A stretch of 53,942 nucleotides of DNA from positions 1-53,942 of the forward strand of contig CAYGLI010000005.1 in the NCBI GenBank assembly GCA_964350795.1. Reading direction: 5' to 3'. A program made the position numbers and the translations under genes. The notes beneath the pieces are model-generated. The model did not search any database, was not told the DNA's origin, and saw only the letters and a list, made by a program, of their open reading frames with translations. This document shows positions 9,603 through 18,871 of this stretch, in pieces. The stretch comes from an uncultured Micavibrio sp. Its GTDB lineage: Bacteria > Pseudomonadota > Alphaproteobacteria > Micavibrionales > UBA1664. Within the stretch, counting starts at the first letter, position 1. Each line of letters starts with the position of its first letter.

Positions 9603-10499
9603 ATGTGGCTAATATTTGCACTCATTAGTATGTTTTTTATGGCGTTTGCTAATTATTCAGATGAATATTTGACGCATTCAAGCGCATCTAAGGAATCCAA
9701 AAACATTCACGAACGCATTGGTGGTGTTCTAATGATGTCTGTGGGGTTAACTTTAATTGGTATTACTGCATGTTATTTTTTATCGGAAACGATATTTATT
9801 GATAGCCGAGCGATATATTTTTCGATTTTGGCGTCTGTTCCAATGTTGTTGTGTTGGACAGGTTATTTCTATCTGTTTCAAAAATATTCTGCGCATCAGG
9901 TTGTTCCGTTGTTTGGGTTGTCAAGTTTATGGCTGCTTGGAATAGAGTTGTCGCTTGGTGAAACAATAACTCTGATATCATTATGTGGTGTTATCTTGCT
10001 TATTATATGTGCCTATACATTGGATAATGGGTCTTTAAAATGGAAAATACCATCCAGCCTTTTTGTCTCTATGCTTTTTATTAGTTTATCTTGGGCTTTG
10101 ACTGGCTATTTATGGCGCATGGCAATGGAGGTGCAAGATGCATCATTTGCGATTTATTTTTGGCATTTGCTAGCAATATTTTTTATGGGTTTCTTTCTAT
10201 TTCTGATTTCGCCATATCGACGCGGTGTTATTCACCGTATCAAGACAGAAAAAATGCATTTTGTGGGGCATTGTTTTTTTAATGAAACATGTGTTCAAAT
10301 ATCATTTTATTTTTCTGTTTTGGCTTTTGCCGCAGCGCCTTTGGCGACATATGTAACGGCAAGCGGAGGCATTCAGAGCATTATGCTATTAGCTTTATTT
10401 TACTTTTTTCCATTAGAGGAAAGGAACAAAATTTCATGGATACAAATGTTATCTATTGTTGGAATAGGGGTTGGTATCTGTTTGTTAGAAATATTTTAA
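9603..10499 (+). CDS. EamA/DMT-superfamily membrane transporter
   Basis: ~10 TM helices in two repeats, MWLIFAL start, V.PLF..S..W....LGETIT motif; AT-rich. Confidence 0.7.
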   Translation: MWLIFALISMFFMAFANYSDEYLTHSSASKESKNIHERIGGVLMMSVGLTLIGITACYFLSETIFIDSRAIYFSILASVPMLLCWTGYFYLFQKYSAHQVVPLFGLSSLWLLGIELSLGETITLISLCGVILLIICAYTLDNGSLKWKIPSSLFVSMLFISLSWALTGYLWRMAMEVQDASFAIYFWHLLAIFFMGFFLFLISPYRRGVIHRIKTEKMHFVGHCFFNETCVQISFYFSVLAFAAAPLATYVTASGGIQSIMLLALFYFFPLEERNKISWIQMLSIVGIGVGICLLEIF

Positions 10500-10506
10500 A
10501 TGATTA

Positions 10507-10538
10507 AACCTCTGCGTCCCTGCGCCTCTGCGGTTTAA
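10507..10538 (-). repeat. Family C right arm; inverted partner at 9568-9599
   Basis: AACCTCTGCGTCCCTGCGCCTCTGCGGTTTAA. Confidence 0.85.
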
Positions 10539-10540
10539 CA

Positions 10541-10569
10541 TTGACAATATAGGAAAATTATCCTATATT
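10541..10569 (+). promoter_or_regulatory. Sigma70-type promoter with an overlapping inverted repeat
   Basis: TTGACA-N17-TATATT; AATATAGGA-aaatta-TCCTATATT palindrome spans the spacer. Confidence 0.65.
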
Positions 10570-10675
10570 AAAAATAAAAAAGAAAGACAAAACAGTGCAA
10601 AAAAACAAAAAGTTACAAACGAACTAAATGAAACGAATTTTATAAAATAAAAACAATAGGTTAGAAGGCCAAAAA

Positions 10676-11170
10676 ATGACAGAACGCATTGGAATATACC
10701 CCGGAACATACGACCCCATTACAAAGGGGCATTTGCACATTATTGAACGTGCATCGAAATTGGTCGACAAGCTGATTATCGGTGTTGCCGAAAACCCAGG
10801 GAAAAACCCTCTGTTTTCATTAGAGGAACGGTTGGACATGGTGCAAACCGATATCGGCAATATGCATGACAAACATTGTCCGATAGAGGTGGTGAGCTTT
10901 AAAAACCTCCTGATTGATTTTGCCCGTGATCACAAGGCCGCGTGCATGTTTCGTGGCCTTCGGGCGTCATCGGATTTTGAATATGAATTTCAAATGACGG
11001 GGATGAATATTCGCCTTGCCCCCGATATTGAAACGGTGTTTTTGATGTCATCGGACAAATGGCAATTTGTGTCATCATCCTTCATTAAGGAGATTTCAAA
11101 ATTAAACGGGGATATTAGCGAATTTGTTACCCCTAACGTTTTGTCGCGTTTAAAAGAGAAACAAAGCTGA
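10676..11170 (+). CDS. coaD: Phosphopantetheine adenylyltransferase
   Basis: YPGTYDPITKGH, RGLRASSDFEYE, VSSS. Confidence 0.97.
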   Translation: MTERIGIYPGTYDPITKGHLHIIERASKLVDKLIIGVAENPGKNPLFSLEERLDMVQTDIGNMHDKHCPIEVVSFKNLLIDFARDHKAACMFRGLRASSDFEYEFQMTGMNIRLAPDIETVFLMSSDKWQFVSSSFIKEISKLNGDISEFVTPNVLSRLKEKQS

Positions 11171-11318
11171 ATTTACCGATTTTATCTTTGGTATGAACGT
11201 TGCGTGCAATTTCAATATCGCTGTCGGATACCATGTCGCCGGCCATGCTGAAACCACTTAAAATTGCGGCATATTCCAGTGATTGAGGGTTTTTTGGTGG
11301 TGTGTATTCTTGTTTCAT
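11133..11318 (-). CDS. Small hypothetical protein (weak VbhA-antitoxin-like look)
   Basis: 61 aa with AAAGGA RBS; 3' end overlaps coaD. Confidence 0.4.
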   Translation of the reverse strand: MKQEYTPPKNPQSLEYAAILSGFSMAGDMVSDSDIEIARNVHTKDKIGKFSFVSLLNATKR

Positions 11319-11470
11319 GATGTGTCCTTTTGTTGTGTTGTGATTTGTAATTTAGAGTCCAAATCAGGCCGCATCATGTGCGAATAAAGGCAATATTGAG
11401 AAATAAATAAAAAATATCAAAAAACGCTTGAAATCATATGCGTGTTGCGGGTATATATAGCCCTCATGTT

Positions 11471-11546
11471 GACCGTGTAGCTCAGTTGGTAGAGCAACTG
11501 GCTTTTAACCAGTTGGTCCGGGGTTCGAGCCCCCGCGCGGTCACCA
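11471..11546 (+). tRNA. tRNA-Lys (UUU)
   Basis: Acceptor GACCGTG/CGCGGTC, D arm TAGCTCAGTTGGTAGAGC, anticodon arm ACTGG-CTTTTAA-CCAGT, GGTTCGAGCC T loop, encoded CCA. Confidence 0.97.
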
Positions 11547-11565
11547 TTTTCTTCTTTAAACTTTA

Positions 11566-12546
11566 TTAATTATAATTCATCATTTCGGATATTAATTCAT
11601 CCAGTGATATTTCATGGCTCCATCCAAGAATGTTTTTTGCCTTGGACGCATCGCCAATAAGTGAATGAAGTTCGTTTGGACGATAGAGGTTAGGATTAAC
11701 ACGAACCATAATTTCCTGTGTTTTTTTGTTTATTCCAATTTCGTCTAATCCAGAATTTTTCCATTCAATATCGACACCAATATGGGCAAAACAGCGCGTT
11801 GTAAATTCACGAACGCTATATGATTGTCCTGTGGCCAAGATATAGTCACCGGGTGTGTCTTGTTGCAACATGAGCCACATGCCACGGACGTAATCTTGCG
11901 CATGCCCCCAATCACGCTTGGCGTTGAGGTTGCCGAGCTCTAGAATTTCACCAGAATTAACAGTGTTTGTGATTTTACGAGTTACAAAGTCTTCACCGCG
12001 GATTGGGCTTTCATGATTAAATAAAATACCATTACTGGCGTGCATGTCGTAGCTGTCGCGATAGATTTTAACCATATTATGCGCATATGTTTTTGCGGCG
12101 GCATATGGCGAACAAGGATTAAGTGGCGTGTCTTCACTTTGTGGTGCGGCGGCATTGCCAAAAATTTCCGAACTGGATGCCTGATAAAATTTTGTATTAA
12201 GGTTGAGAATGCGGATGGATTCTAAAATATTAAGTGTGCCTATCGCATTCACTTGCGCGGTATAGTGTGGCATGTCAAACGATATACCAACATGGCTTTG
12301 CCCCGCCAAATTATAAATTTCGTTGGGTTGGGTTTGGCTTAAAATATGCGTGATGTTATTAGCATCCGTCATATCACCATGAATCAATTGAATTTCGTTT
12401 TTTAAGTAATCAATATTTTGAGTGTTGGGCGTAGCAGATAATTGTTGAAGACCAATGACTTTATAATTTTTTTCAAGCAAAAATTGCGCAAGATAGGCAC
12501 CGTCTTGTCCCGTGATTCCAGTGATTAATGCTGTTTTTTGTTGCAT
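11566..12546 (-). CDS. gmd: GDP-mannose 4,6-dehydratase
   Basis: ALITGITGQDGAYL, YNLAGQSHV, GILFNHESP, RDWGHA; start set at MQQK. Confidence 0.96.
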   Translation of the reverse strand: MQQKTALITGITGQDGAYLAQFLLEKNYKVIGLQQLSATPNTQNIDYLKNEIQLIHGDMTDANNITHILSQTQPNEIYNLAGQSHVGISFDMPHYTAQVNAIGTLNILESIRILNLNTKFYQASSSEIFGNAAAPQSEDTPLNPCSPYAAAKTYAHNMVKIYRDSYDMHASNGILFNHESPIRGEDFVTRKITNTVNSGEILELGNLNAKRDWGHAQDYVRGMWLMLQQDTPGDYILATGQSYSVREFTTRCFAHIGVDIEWKNSGLDEIGINKKTQEIMVRVNPNLYRPNELHSLIGDASKAKNILGWSHEISLDELISEMMNYN

Positions 12547-12548
12547 AA

Positions 12549-13484
12549 TTATTTTTGGCGCAGATTGCCTTGGTTGGCAAGAAACCATTTATAGAAATCC
12601 ACTAAACCTTTTTCAAGTGGGATAGCTGACCGCCATCCCAAATCATTTAATTTTGAACAATCCAATAATTTGCGCGGCGTTCCATCTGGTTTTGAGAGGT
12701 CGTGTTCAATGTTTCCTTCATATCCCACGATATCTTTGATAACGCTCGCAAAATCGACAATAGAAATTTCTTCGCCTGAACCAATGTTAATAGGGGCGTT
12801 ATCATTATAATGTTGCATGACAAATACACAGGCATCCGCCATATCATCGATATGCATGAATTCACGTTTTGTGTTTCCCGTTCCCCATAAAATGATACTT
12901 CGGTCGTTATTGATTTTCGCATGATGAAACCGCGATAAGAATGCCGCGGGAACATGTGAATTTTGATCGTGAAAATTATCATGTGGGCCATAGAGATTGG
13001 TTGGTAACACAGATATATACCGCCGCCCATATTGGCGATTATAGGATTTGCACATTTCCATGCCTGCCAATTTCGCCATGGCGTAGGGGGCGTTTGTTGG
13101 TTCTAATTCTCCTGTCATGAGCATATCTTCGCGCATGGGCTGGGGGCAATCGCGTGGGTAAATACACGATGATCCTAAAAATAATAAATCCTGAATATCT
13201 GCTAAATGACATCCATGAATGACATTATTTTGAATGGATAAATTATCCGAGATGAATTCAGCAGGGTAAGTATTATTCGCGTGAATACCACCAACTTTTG
13301 CTGCGGCTAAAAAAACTATATCTGGTCTTTCTTGTGCAATAAAATCATATGTTTTTGATTGATTGCGCAGGTCAATATCACCGGCAATGATTTCACAATC
13401 ATCACCCAGACGACGGACAAGGGCGTTGCCGACCAACCCCGTATGACCCGCAATCCAAACGCGTTTGTTTTTAACATTATGCAT
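12549..13484 (-). CDS. fcl: GDP-L-fucose synthase
   Basis: GHTGLVG, AAAKVGGI, LGSSCIYP, PTNLYGP, KPDGTPRK. Confidence 0.96.
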   Translation of the reverse strand: MHNVKNKRVWIAGHTGLVGNALVRRLGDDCEIIAGDIDLRNQSKTYDFIAQERPDIVFLAAAKVGGIHANNTYPAEFISDNLSIQNNVIHGCHLADIQDLLFLGSSCIYPRDCPQPMREDMLMTGELEPTNAPYAMAKLAGMEMCKSYNRQYGRRYISVLPTNLYGPHDNFHDQNSHVPAAFLSRFHHAKINNDRSIILWGTGNTKREFMHIDDMADACVFVMQHYNDNAPINIGSGEEISIVDFASVIKDIVGYEGNIEHDLSKPDGTPRKLLDCSKLNDLGWRSAIPLEKGLVDFYKWFLANQGNLRQK

Positions 13485-13527
13485 GTTTAAATAGTGGCAT
13501 AAATGTTGATTGCTGTCATTGGCTTAT

Positions 13528-13625
13528 CCCCTCTACTTGAGGAGAGGGCAGGGTGAGGGGGCACCAAACATCCCCCTCATCCGTCAAAGCGTTCCTCTTT
13601 GCCACCTTCTCCCGAGAGAGAAGGG
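13528..13625. repeat. Palindromic element, family B
   Basis: CCCCTCT..GGAGAGGGCAGGGTGAGGGG ... CCCCCTCATCCG...CACCTTCTCCC..GAGAAGGG; inverted relative of 24533-24631. Confidence 0.8.
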
Positions 13626-13670
13626 TTTTCCCGCATGACAATATAATATTTTCTCTATAAAATAACTCTC

Positions 13671-14648
13671 ATGAAAGTTATTGTCACAGGCGCCGCAGGG
13701 TTTATTGGTTTTCACGTTTCAAACGCGTTAATGGCGCGTGGGGATACGGTGGTTGGCATTGATAATTTAAATGATTATTATGATGTGCATTTAAAACACG
13801 CGCGTCTTGATATTTTAAACGCACAAGATGGTTTCACATTTCACAAAGCTGATTTAGCTAACGCGGATGCAATCAACAAAACATTCGATGATGCCAAGGC
13901 TGATAAGGTTATTCATCTGGCGGCGCAAGCGGGGGTTCGATATTCCATCCAAAATCCACATGCCTATATTCAATCCAACATCGTTGGCCATTTAAATATT
14001 CTTGAGGCTTGCCGTTATTCAGAAACAATTCAAAATTCTGTATATGCATCATCTTCATCCGTTTATGGCATGAATGAAAATAAACCATTTAAAACTGATG
14101 ATTTTGTCGATAATCCTATATCACTTTATGCCGCGACAAAAAAGAGTGATGAGTTAATGTCGTATTGTTACTCGCACCTTTATAATATTCCGTTGACTGG
14201 ATTACGGTTTTTCACCGTTTACGGCCCTTATGGCCGTCCCGACATGGCGTATTTTTCATTTACCAAGGATATTTTGGAAGGCCGCACGATTAAGGTGTTT
14301 AACCACGGAAAGATGAAACGTGATTTCACCTATATTGATGATATTGTGGCGGGCGTGATTGGCGCGCTGGACAATCCACCGCAAAAGGTTGCAAAAGGCG
14401 TCGCGCATAAAATTTATAATTTGGGGAATAATAAGTCCGAAAATTTGGGTGATTTCATCGAAACAATCGAAACCGCACTGGGGCAGGTCGCGGACAAAGA
14501 AATGCTACCCATGCAAGACGGCGACGTTGTCGAAACATTCGCGGATATCACCGAGAGCCAAAAAGATTTAGGATACGCCCCAACCACAAAAATCAGCGAA
14601 GGCATTCCGAAATTTGTTGAATGGTATAAGGGATTTTACAAGGCTTAA
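13671..14648 (+). CDS. UDP-glucuronate 4-epimerase-like NAD-dependent epimerase
   Basis: TGAAGFIG, HLAAQAGVRYS, YAATK, GLRFFTVYGPYGRPDMA. Confidence 0.92.
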   Translation: MKVIVTGAAGFIGFHVSNALMARGDTVVGIDNLNDYYDVHLKHARLDILNAQDGFTFHKADLANADAINKTFDDAKADKVIHLAAQAGVRYSIQNPHAYIQSNIVGHLNILEACRYSETIQNSVYASSSSVYGMNENKPFKTDDFVDNPISLYAATKKSDELMSYCYSHLYNIPLTGLRFFTVYGPYGRPDMAYFSFTKDILEGRTIKVFNHGKMKRDFTYIDDIVAGVIGALDNPPQKVAKGVAHKIYNLGNNKSENLGDFIETIETALGQVADKEMLPMQDGDVVETFADITESQKDLGYAPTTKISEGIPKFVEWYKGFYKA

Positions 14649-15452
14649 TCACCATCGCATAGGTTTTTCCAGTTTTATGGTCTCGCCTGTTATTGTTTCG
14701 GCGGTTGATTGATAGGAACTTGTGATATCACTCACAATATATTTCATGGTGCCATCCATTGTTAATCGGTCTTGCATGTTGTTATGTCGTTTGAGGTAAT
14801 CTTCTAATTTTTTCGGTATAATATCATCTTGGGAAATGATTTTTACGTCCGCACCAACGCGCGATTTTATTTCTGATTTTAATAATGGGTAATGGGTGCA
14901 ACCCAAAATCAAGCTATCAACATTATGGGGAATAATATCCGATAGGTAATGGTCAAGAATTGGTGCAATCCATTCCTGTCCTTTGTTTTCAATCATGGGG
15001 ACGAGCAAAGGCGATGCCTTACCAAAAAATTCAATATCAGGGTCTAATTTTTTTAATTCCTCTTGATAGACCATGCTCTCAATCATGCCCGCGGTGGCCA
15101 ACATGCCGATGCGTTTGCACCCTTGTTCATGGGCATTTTCCAATGTCGGAATCACAACGCCTAAAATGCGATTGTTGGGAAAGGCACGTACCAGATAAAA
15201 TTGTTGCAATAAACGTCCACAATGTGCGGTGGCGGTGTTACAGGCAATAATCACAACCGCACATTTTTCCTGTCGCATTAAATAATCCATGGCGCGTTCG
15301 GTATGTGTGTAAACCGCCTGTTTCGACCGCCCACCATAGGGCACATGCAACGTATCCCCAAAATAAACATAGTCATATTGGGGCAAATGTTTGCGAATGG
15401 CCTGTGCAATCACCAATCCGCCTAACCCTGAATCAAAAATACCTATACGCAT
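14649..15452 (-). CDS. murI: Glutamate racemase
   Basis: IGIFDSGLGG, ACNTA, LGCTHY. Confidence 0.96.
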   Translation of the reverse strand: MRIGIFDSGLGGLVIAQAIRKHLPQYDYVYFGDTLHVPYGGRSKQAVYTHTERAMDYLMRQEKCAVVIIACNTATAHCGRLLQQFYLVRAFPNNRILGVVIPTLENAHEQGCKRIGMLATAGMIESMVYQEELKKLDPDIEFFGKASPLLVPMIENKGQEWIAPILDHYLSDIIPHNVDSLILGCTHYPLLKSEIKSRVGADVKIISQDDIIPKKLEDYLKRHNNMQDRLTMDGTMKYIVSDITSSYQSTAETITGETIKLEKPMRW

Positions 15453-15480
15453 AAATCAATATGTACTATATCTTGATGCC

Positions 15481-16149
15481 ATGAGCGAAGAAAAAATTAC
15501 AGTTGAACCACCCAAAAGATCATTTTTAGCGAAAATCCGTGCGTATTTTATTACGGGGATATTGGTTGTTGCACCCATTACAATCACGGCGTGGCTAACC
15601 ATTGCCATTATTAATTTCATTGATAATCGGGTTGAACGTTTGATCCCACCGCAATATAACCCTGAACAATATTTGCCGTTCTCTCTGCCCGGTATTGGCG
15701 TGATTGCGATGTTGTTGTTCCTTATTTTTGTAGGGATGTTGGCGACAAATTTTCTTGGTCGATATTTTGTCAAAATGGGTGAAAACATCCTTGATCGGCT
15801 GCCCGTTGTTCGGTCGTTATATGGTGCAACAAAACAAATTTTTGAAACAGTTTTTGCTAATCAATCTGATGCCTTCCGCGAGGTGGTGATGGTTGAATAC
15901 CCTCGCAAAGATATGTGGGTGATTGGATTTTTAACAGGGCGAACAAAAGGCGAGGTGCAGAAAAAAACATCCGAAGATGTTGTGAATATCTTTGTTCCAA
16001 CAACCCCAAACCCAACGTCTGGATTTTTATTATTTGTCCCTGAAAAAGACGTTATTCGCTTGGCCATGACGGTGGAGGAAGGGATAAAACTTGTTGTTTC
16101 TGCGGGGATTGTGACACCAGATAAATTGGAGAAATTACAGAAGAAGTAA
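15481..16149 (+). CDS. DUF502 membrane protein
   Basis: VEYPRK, FVPTTPNPTSGF, VVSAG; start set at MSEEK. Confidence 0.9.
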   Translation: MSEEKITVEPPKRSFLAKIRAYFITGILVVAPITITAWLTIAIINFIDNRVERLIPPQYNPEQYLPFSLPGIGVIAMLLFLIFVGMLATNFLGRYFVKMGENILDRLPVVRSLYGATKQIFETVFANQSDAFREVVMVEYPRKDMWVIGFLTGRTKGEVQKKTSEDVVNIFVPTTPNPTSGFLLFVPEKDVIRLAMTVEEGIKLVVSAGIVTPDKLEKLQKK

Positions 16150-16215
16150 AAAACTAAGTGAACTTTGTAAATCTTTTTCACAGGAAGACGCAAAGATGGA
16201 GGGTTCTATTTTTAT

Positions 16216-16292
16216 GCATCCCCGTGCTTGACACGGGGCCTATCGTATTTGAATTTTAAATTGAATGGGCCCCGTTTTTCAACGGGGTTTCG
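16216..16292. repeat. Family A-like double hairpin between convergent genes
   Basis: CCCCGTGCTTGACACGGGG ... CCCCGTTTTTCAACGGGG. Confidence 0.7.
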
Positions 16293-16318
16293 TTTTTATC
16301 CTCCGGCTGTTCACCCGT

Positions 16319-18403
16319 TCACCCACTCCCCAATGTCTTCACGGCCTCATCTTGTTCGAACAGATAGAGGAGTGTTCGCAACGCCTCGCCACGGCGGGTT
16401 TTTAGGTCGCTGTCTTTCTCAACGATTAATCGTGCGTCCATATGTGCTATTTGCATTAAATCGCGGTGCGTGTCCAGATTGATAAAATGCATGGCGGGAA
16501 GGCCACTTTGTTTTGTGCCTAACACTTCGCCCGCGCCGCGTAATTCCAAATCCTTTTCCGCAATTTCAAATCCGTCTTCAGATCGCTTCATAATTTGCAG
16601 TCGTTCTTTCGCTGTTTCGGATAGGGGGGCGTTATACATCAAAATACAGGACGATTTATCGCTACCCCGTCCAACGCGTCCGCGGAGTTGGTGGAGTTGT
16701 GATAGACCAAATCGTTCGGCATGTTCGATAATCATGACCGTTGCGGCGGGGACATTGACCCCAACCTCAATCACGGTTGTTGCAACCAAAATATCCAGAT
16801 CGCCATTCGCAAATTTTTGCATGACCATATCCTTTTCCAATGGCTTCATGCGTCCATGCACCAACCCAACGCGATCACCGTAAATTTGGGATAGTAATGT
16901 ATGGCGATCTTCGGCATTGGCGAGATCAATTTTTTCGGATTCCTCAACCAAGGGGCACACCCAATAAATGCGTTCACCCTCGGCAATTTTACGTTTTAAC
17001 CCTTCCGCAATATCGGCCAATCGATCATTGGAAATCAAAACCGTTTCAATGGGTTTTCGCCCCGGTGGTTTTTCATCCAATCGTGATACATCCATATCGC
17101 CGAATAATGATAATGTGAGCGTGCGTGGAATAGGGGTGGCGGTCATGACCAACACATCGGGAGCGATCCCTTTGTCGGATAATGACAATCTTTGATGCAC
17201 ACCAAAACGATGTTGTTCATCAATAACAACGCATCCTAAATTTTTAAAATTCACGGTATCTTGGAATATGGCGTGCGTGCCAATGACAATTTGCGCGTCA
17301 CCATTTTCGATTTTATCGAGGATGGCTTGGCGATCATTGCCTTTGTCCCGACCTGTCAGCGTAATCATACTCACGCCTATTGCATCGCATAATGGTTGCA
17401 AGGTTTCGGCATGTTGACGCGCCAGTATTTCCGTTGGGGCCATCATTGCACCTTGAAACCCATCGGCAATGACATTGAGTAATGTTCCAAGTGCAACAAC
17501 GGTTTTACCGCTTCCGACGTCGCCTTGTAAAAGACGAAGCATGCGTGTTGGTGCATTCATATCCGCATCAATTTCGGATAATGATCGCAATTGCGCGCCC
17601 GTTAAATCAAAGGGTAGAGCACTTAACATCTTTTGGCGTAGGTCGTCAGAACAAGAAAACGCAATTCCCTTTTTCTTTTTAAATTTTGCACGAACCAATT
17701 GCATCGCCAATTGGCGTGCAAGCGCCTCGTCATACGCCAAACGTGTGCGGATAAGATTATCGGGTAATGTTTCCGCCGATGATTGGGGGTTGTGCAGGGC
17801 GATCATGCATTGTGTCCATCTATCCCATCCATATTTTTTCAACATGGTTTCATCAATCCATTCGGGCAGGTCGGGTAGATGTTTCACCGCACCTGCTAAT
17901 GTTTTATTGAGTAATTTCGGGCTTAGCCCCGCCGTCATTGGGTATATAGGATCGAATGCCTTTATCTCATTCTTCTTATCGGGCGTAACGGCGTAATCGG
18001 GATGGAGCATTTGAATTTTATCATTATAAAATTCGATTTTTCCGCTAATGATAACCTCTTTCCCAATTGGATAAGTGTCCTTTAACCATTGGCCGGGCGC
18101 ATTAAAATAGACGATATCCATTGGTTGCCCGTCATCCGTCCCACTAATCCGATACGGCGTACCACGACGACGAGATGGGGAATGAGATGTGACCGTCATT
18201 TTTGTTGTGGCGATACCTTCGGTCATGATTTTTGAGAGTGGTTTGACTTCACCACGGTGAATGCAATCAATTGGTTTGTGACGCAACAGATCGAGAATTT
18301 TTTCACCACCCAATAATTTTTCAAACACGCTCGCCGATTTTGGCCCCACACCATCAAGTGTGCGAACGGATTTAAATAATAGATCGAGGATTAATGGTCT
18401 CAT
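16319..18403 (-). CDS. recG: ATP-dependent DNA helicase RecG
   Basis: LQGDVGSGKT, DEQHRFG, MTATPIPRT, QLRGRVGRG; start set at MRPLIL. Confidence 0.97.
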   Translation of the reverse strand: MRPLILDLLFKSVRTLDGVGPKSASVFEKLLGGEKILDLLRHKPIDCIHRGEVKPLSKIMTEGIATTKMTVTSHSPSRRRGTPYRISGTDDGQPMDIVYFNAPGQWLKDTYPIGKEVIISGKIEFYNDKIQMLHPDYAVTPDKKNEIKAFDPIYPMTAGLSPKLLNKTLAGAVKHLPDLPEWIDETMLKKYGWDRWTQCMIALHNPQSSAETLPDNLIRTRLAYDEALARQLAMQLVRAKFKKKKGIAFSCSDDLRQKMLSALPFDLTGAQLRSLSEIDADMNAPTRMLRLLQGDVGSGKTVVALGTLLNVIADGFQGAMMAPTEILARQHAETLQPLCDAIGVSMITLTGRDKGNDRQAILDKIENGDAQIVIGTHAIFQDTVNFKNLGCVVIDEQHRFGVHQRLSLSDKGIAPDVLVMTATPIPRTLTLSLFGDMDVSRLDEKPPGRKPIETVLISNDRLADIAEGLKRKIAEGERIYWVCPLVEESEKIDLANAEDRHTLLSQIYGDRVGLVHGRMKPLEKDMVMQKFANGDLDILVATTVIEVGVNVPAATVMIIEHAERFGLSQLHQLRGRVGRGSDKSSCILMYNAPLSETAKERLQIMKRSEDGFEIAEKDLELRGAGEVLGTKQSGLPAMHFINLDTHRDLMQIAHMDARLIVEKDSDLKTRRGEALRTLLYLFEQDEAVKTLGSG

Positions 18404-18412
18404 GGGTAATAG

Positions 18413-18527
18413 TTTTAACAGGAAGGCACAAAGACGCAAAGATACTTTCGTTATTACGCGACTTGTCCATGCAATGACGTTGTTTTGAAAAAACTTTGTG
18501 TGACATTGTGTCCTTTGTGGTTTAAAA
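18413..18527. repeat. Nested repeat: degenerate family C arms around a family A remnant
   Basis: TTAACAGGAAGGCACAAAGACGCAAAG [CGTTATTACGCGACTTGTCCATGCAATGACG] CTTTGTGTGACATTGTGTCCTTTGTGGTTTAA. Confidence 0.65.
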
Positions 18528-18533
18528 TTCTTT

Positions 18534-18785
18534 ATGAACGCACAACGTAGAAAATTATTATTTCGCTCAGAACATCGTGGAACAAAGGAAATGGACGTTA
18601 TCCTTGGTACGTTTGCACGTGGGTTTTTGCCCAATGCAACGGATGAGCAGGCAAATCATTACGCCGAAGTTTTGGAGGAAAACGACCCTGACCTTTATAA
18701 TTGGATATCAGAGCGCGAGCCATTACCAAACGATAAAACCAATCCAGTTTTAAAATCATTAATTGGATATCAGGTTAAAAACTAA
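18534..18785 (+). CDS. sdhE: Succinate dehydrogenase flavinylation factor
   Basis: RGTKEMD (RGxxE), DPDLYNWI; conserved recG-sdhE-mfd order. Confidence 0.92.
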   Translation: MNAQRRKLLFRSEHRGTKEMDVILGTFARGFLPNATDEQANHYAEVLEENDPDLYNWISEREPLPNDKTNPVLKSLIGYQVKN

Positions 18786-18842
18786 TTGTCGTGCACGCCC
18801 ACAAGCGGGCATCCGGATCCCCGCATAAAGCGGGGATGACAA
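18786..18842. repeat. Family A palindromic element
   Basis: TTGTCGTGCACGCCCACAAGCGGGCATCCGGATCCCCGCATAAAGCGGGGATGACAA. Confidence 0.85.
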
Positions 18843-18871
18843 AAGTGTTTTTAATCTCTATATAAAACTTC

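Noticed and set aside
11471-14648. tRNA-Lys-anchored genomic island carrying gmd/fcl/epimerase
   Set aside because: No integrase and no duplicated tRNA 3' end seen in the window
18404-18634. N-terminal extension of RecG in the ORF track (likewise recO, gmd, DUF502, the hydrolase and ArsC)
   Set aside because: Extensions overlap neighbouring genes or repeats; family similarity starts at the downstream Met
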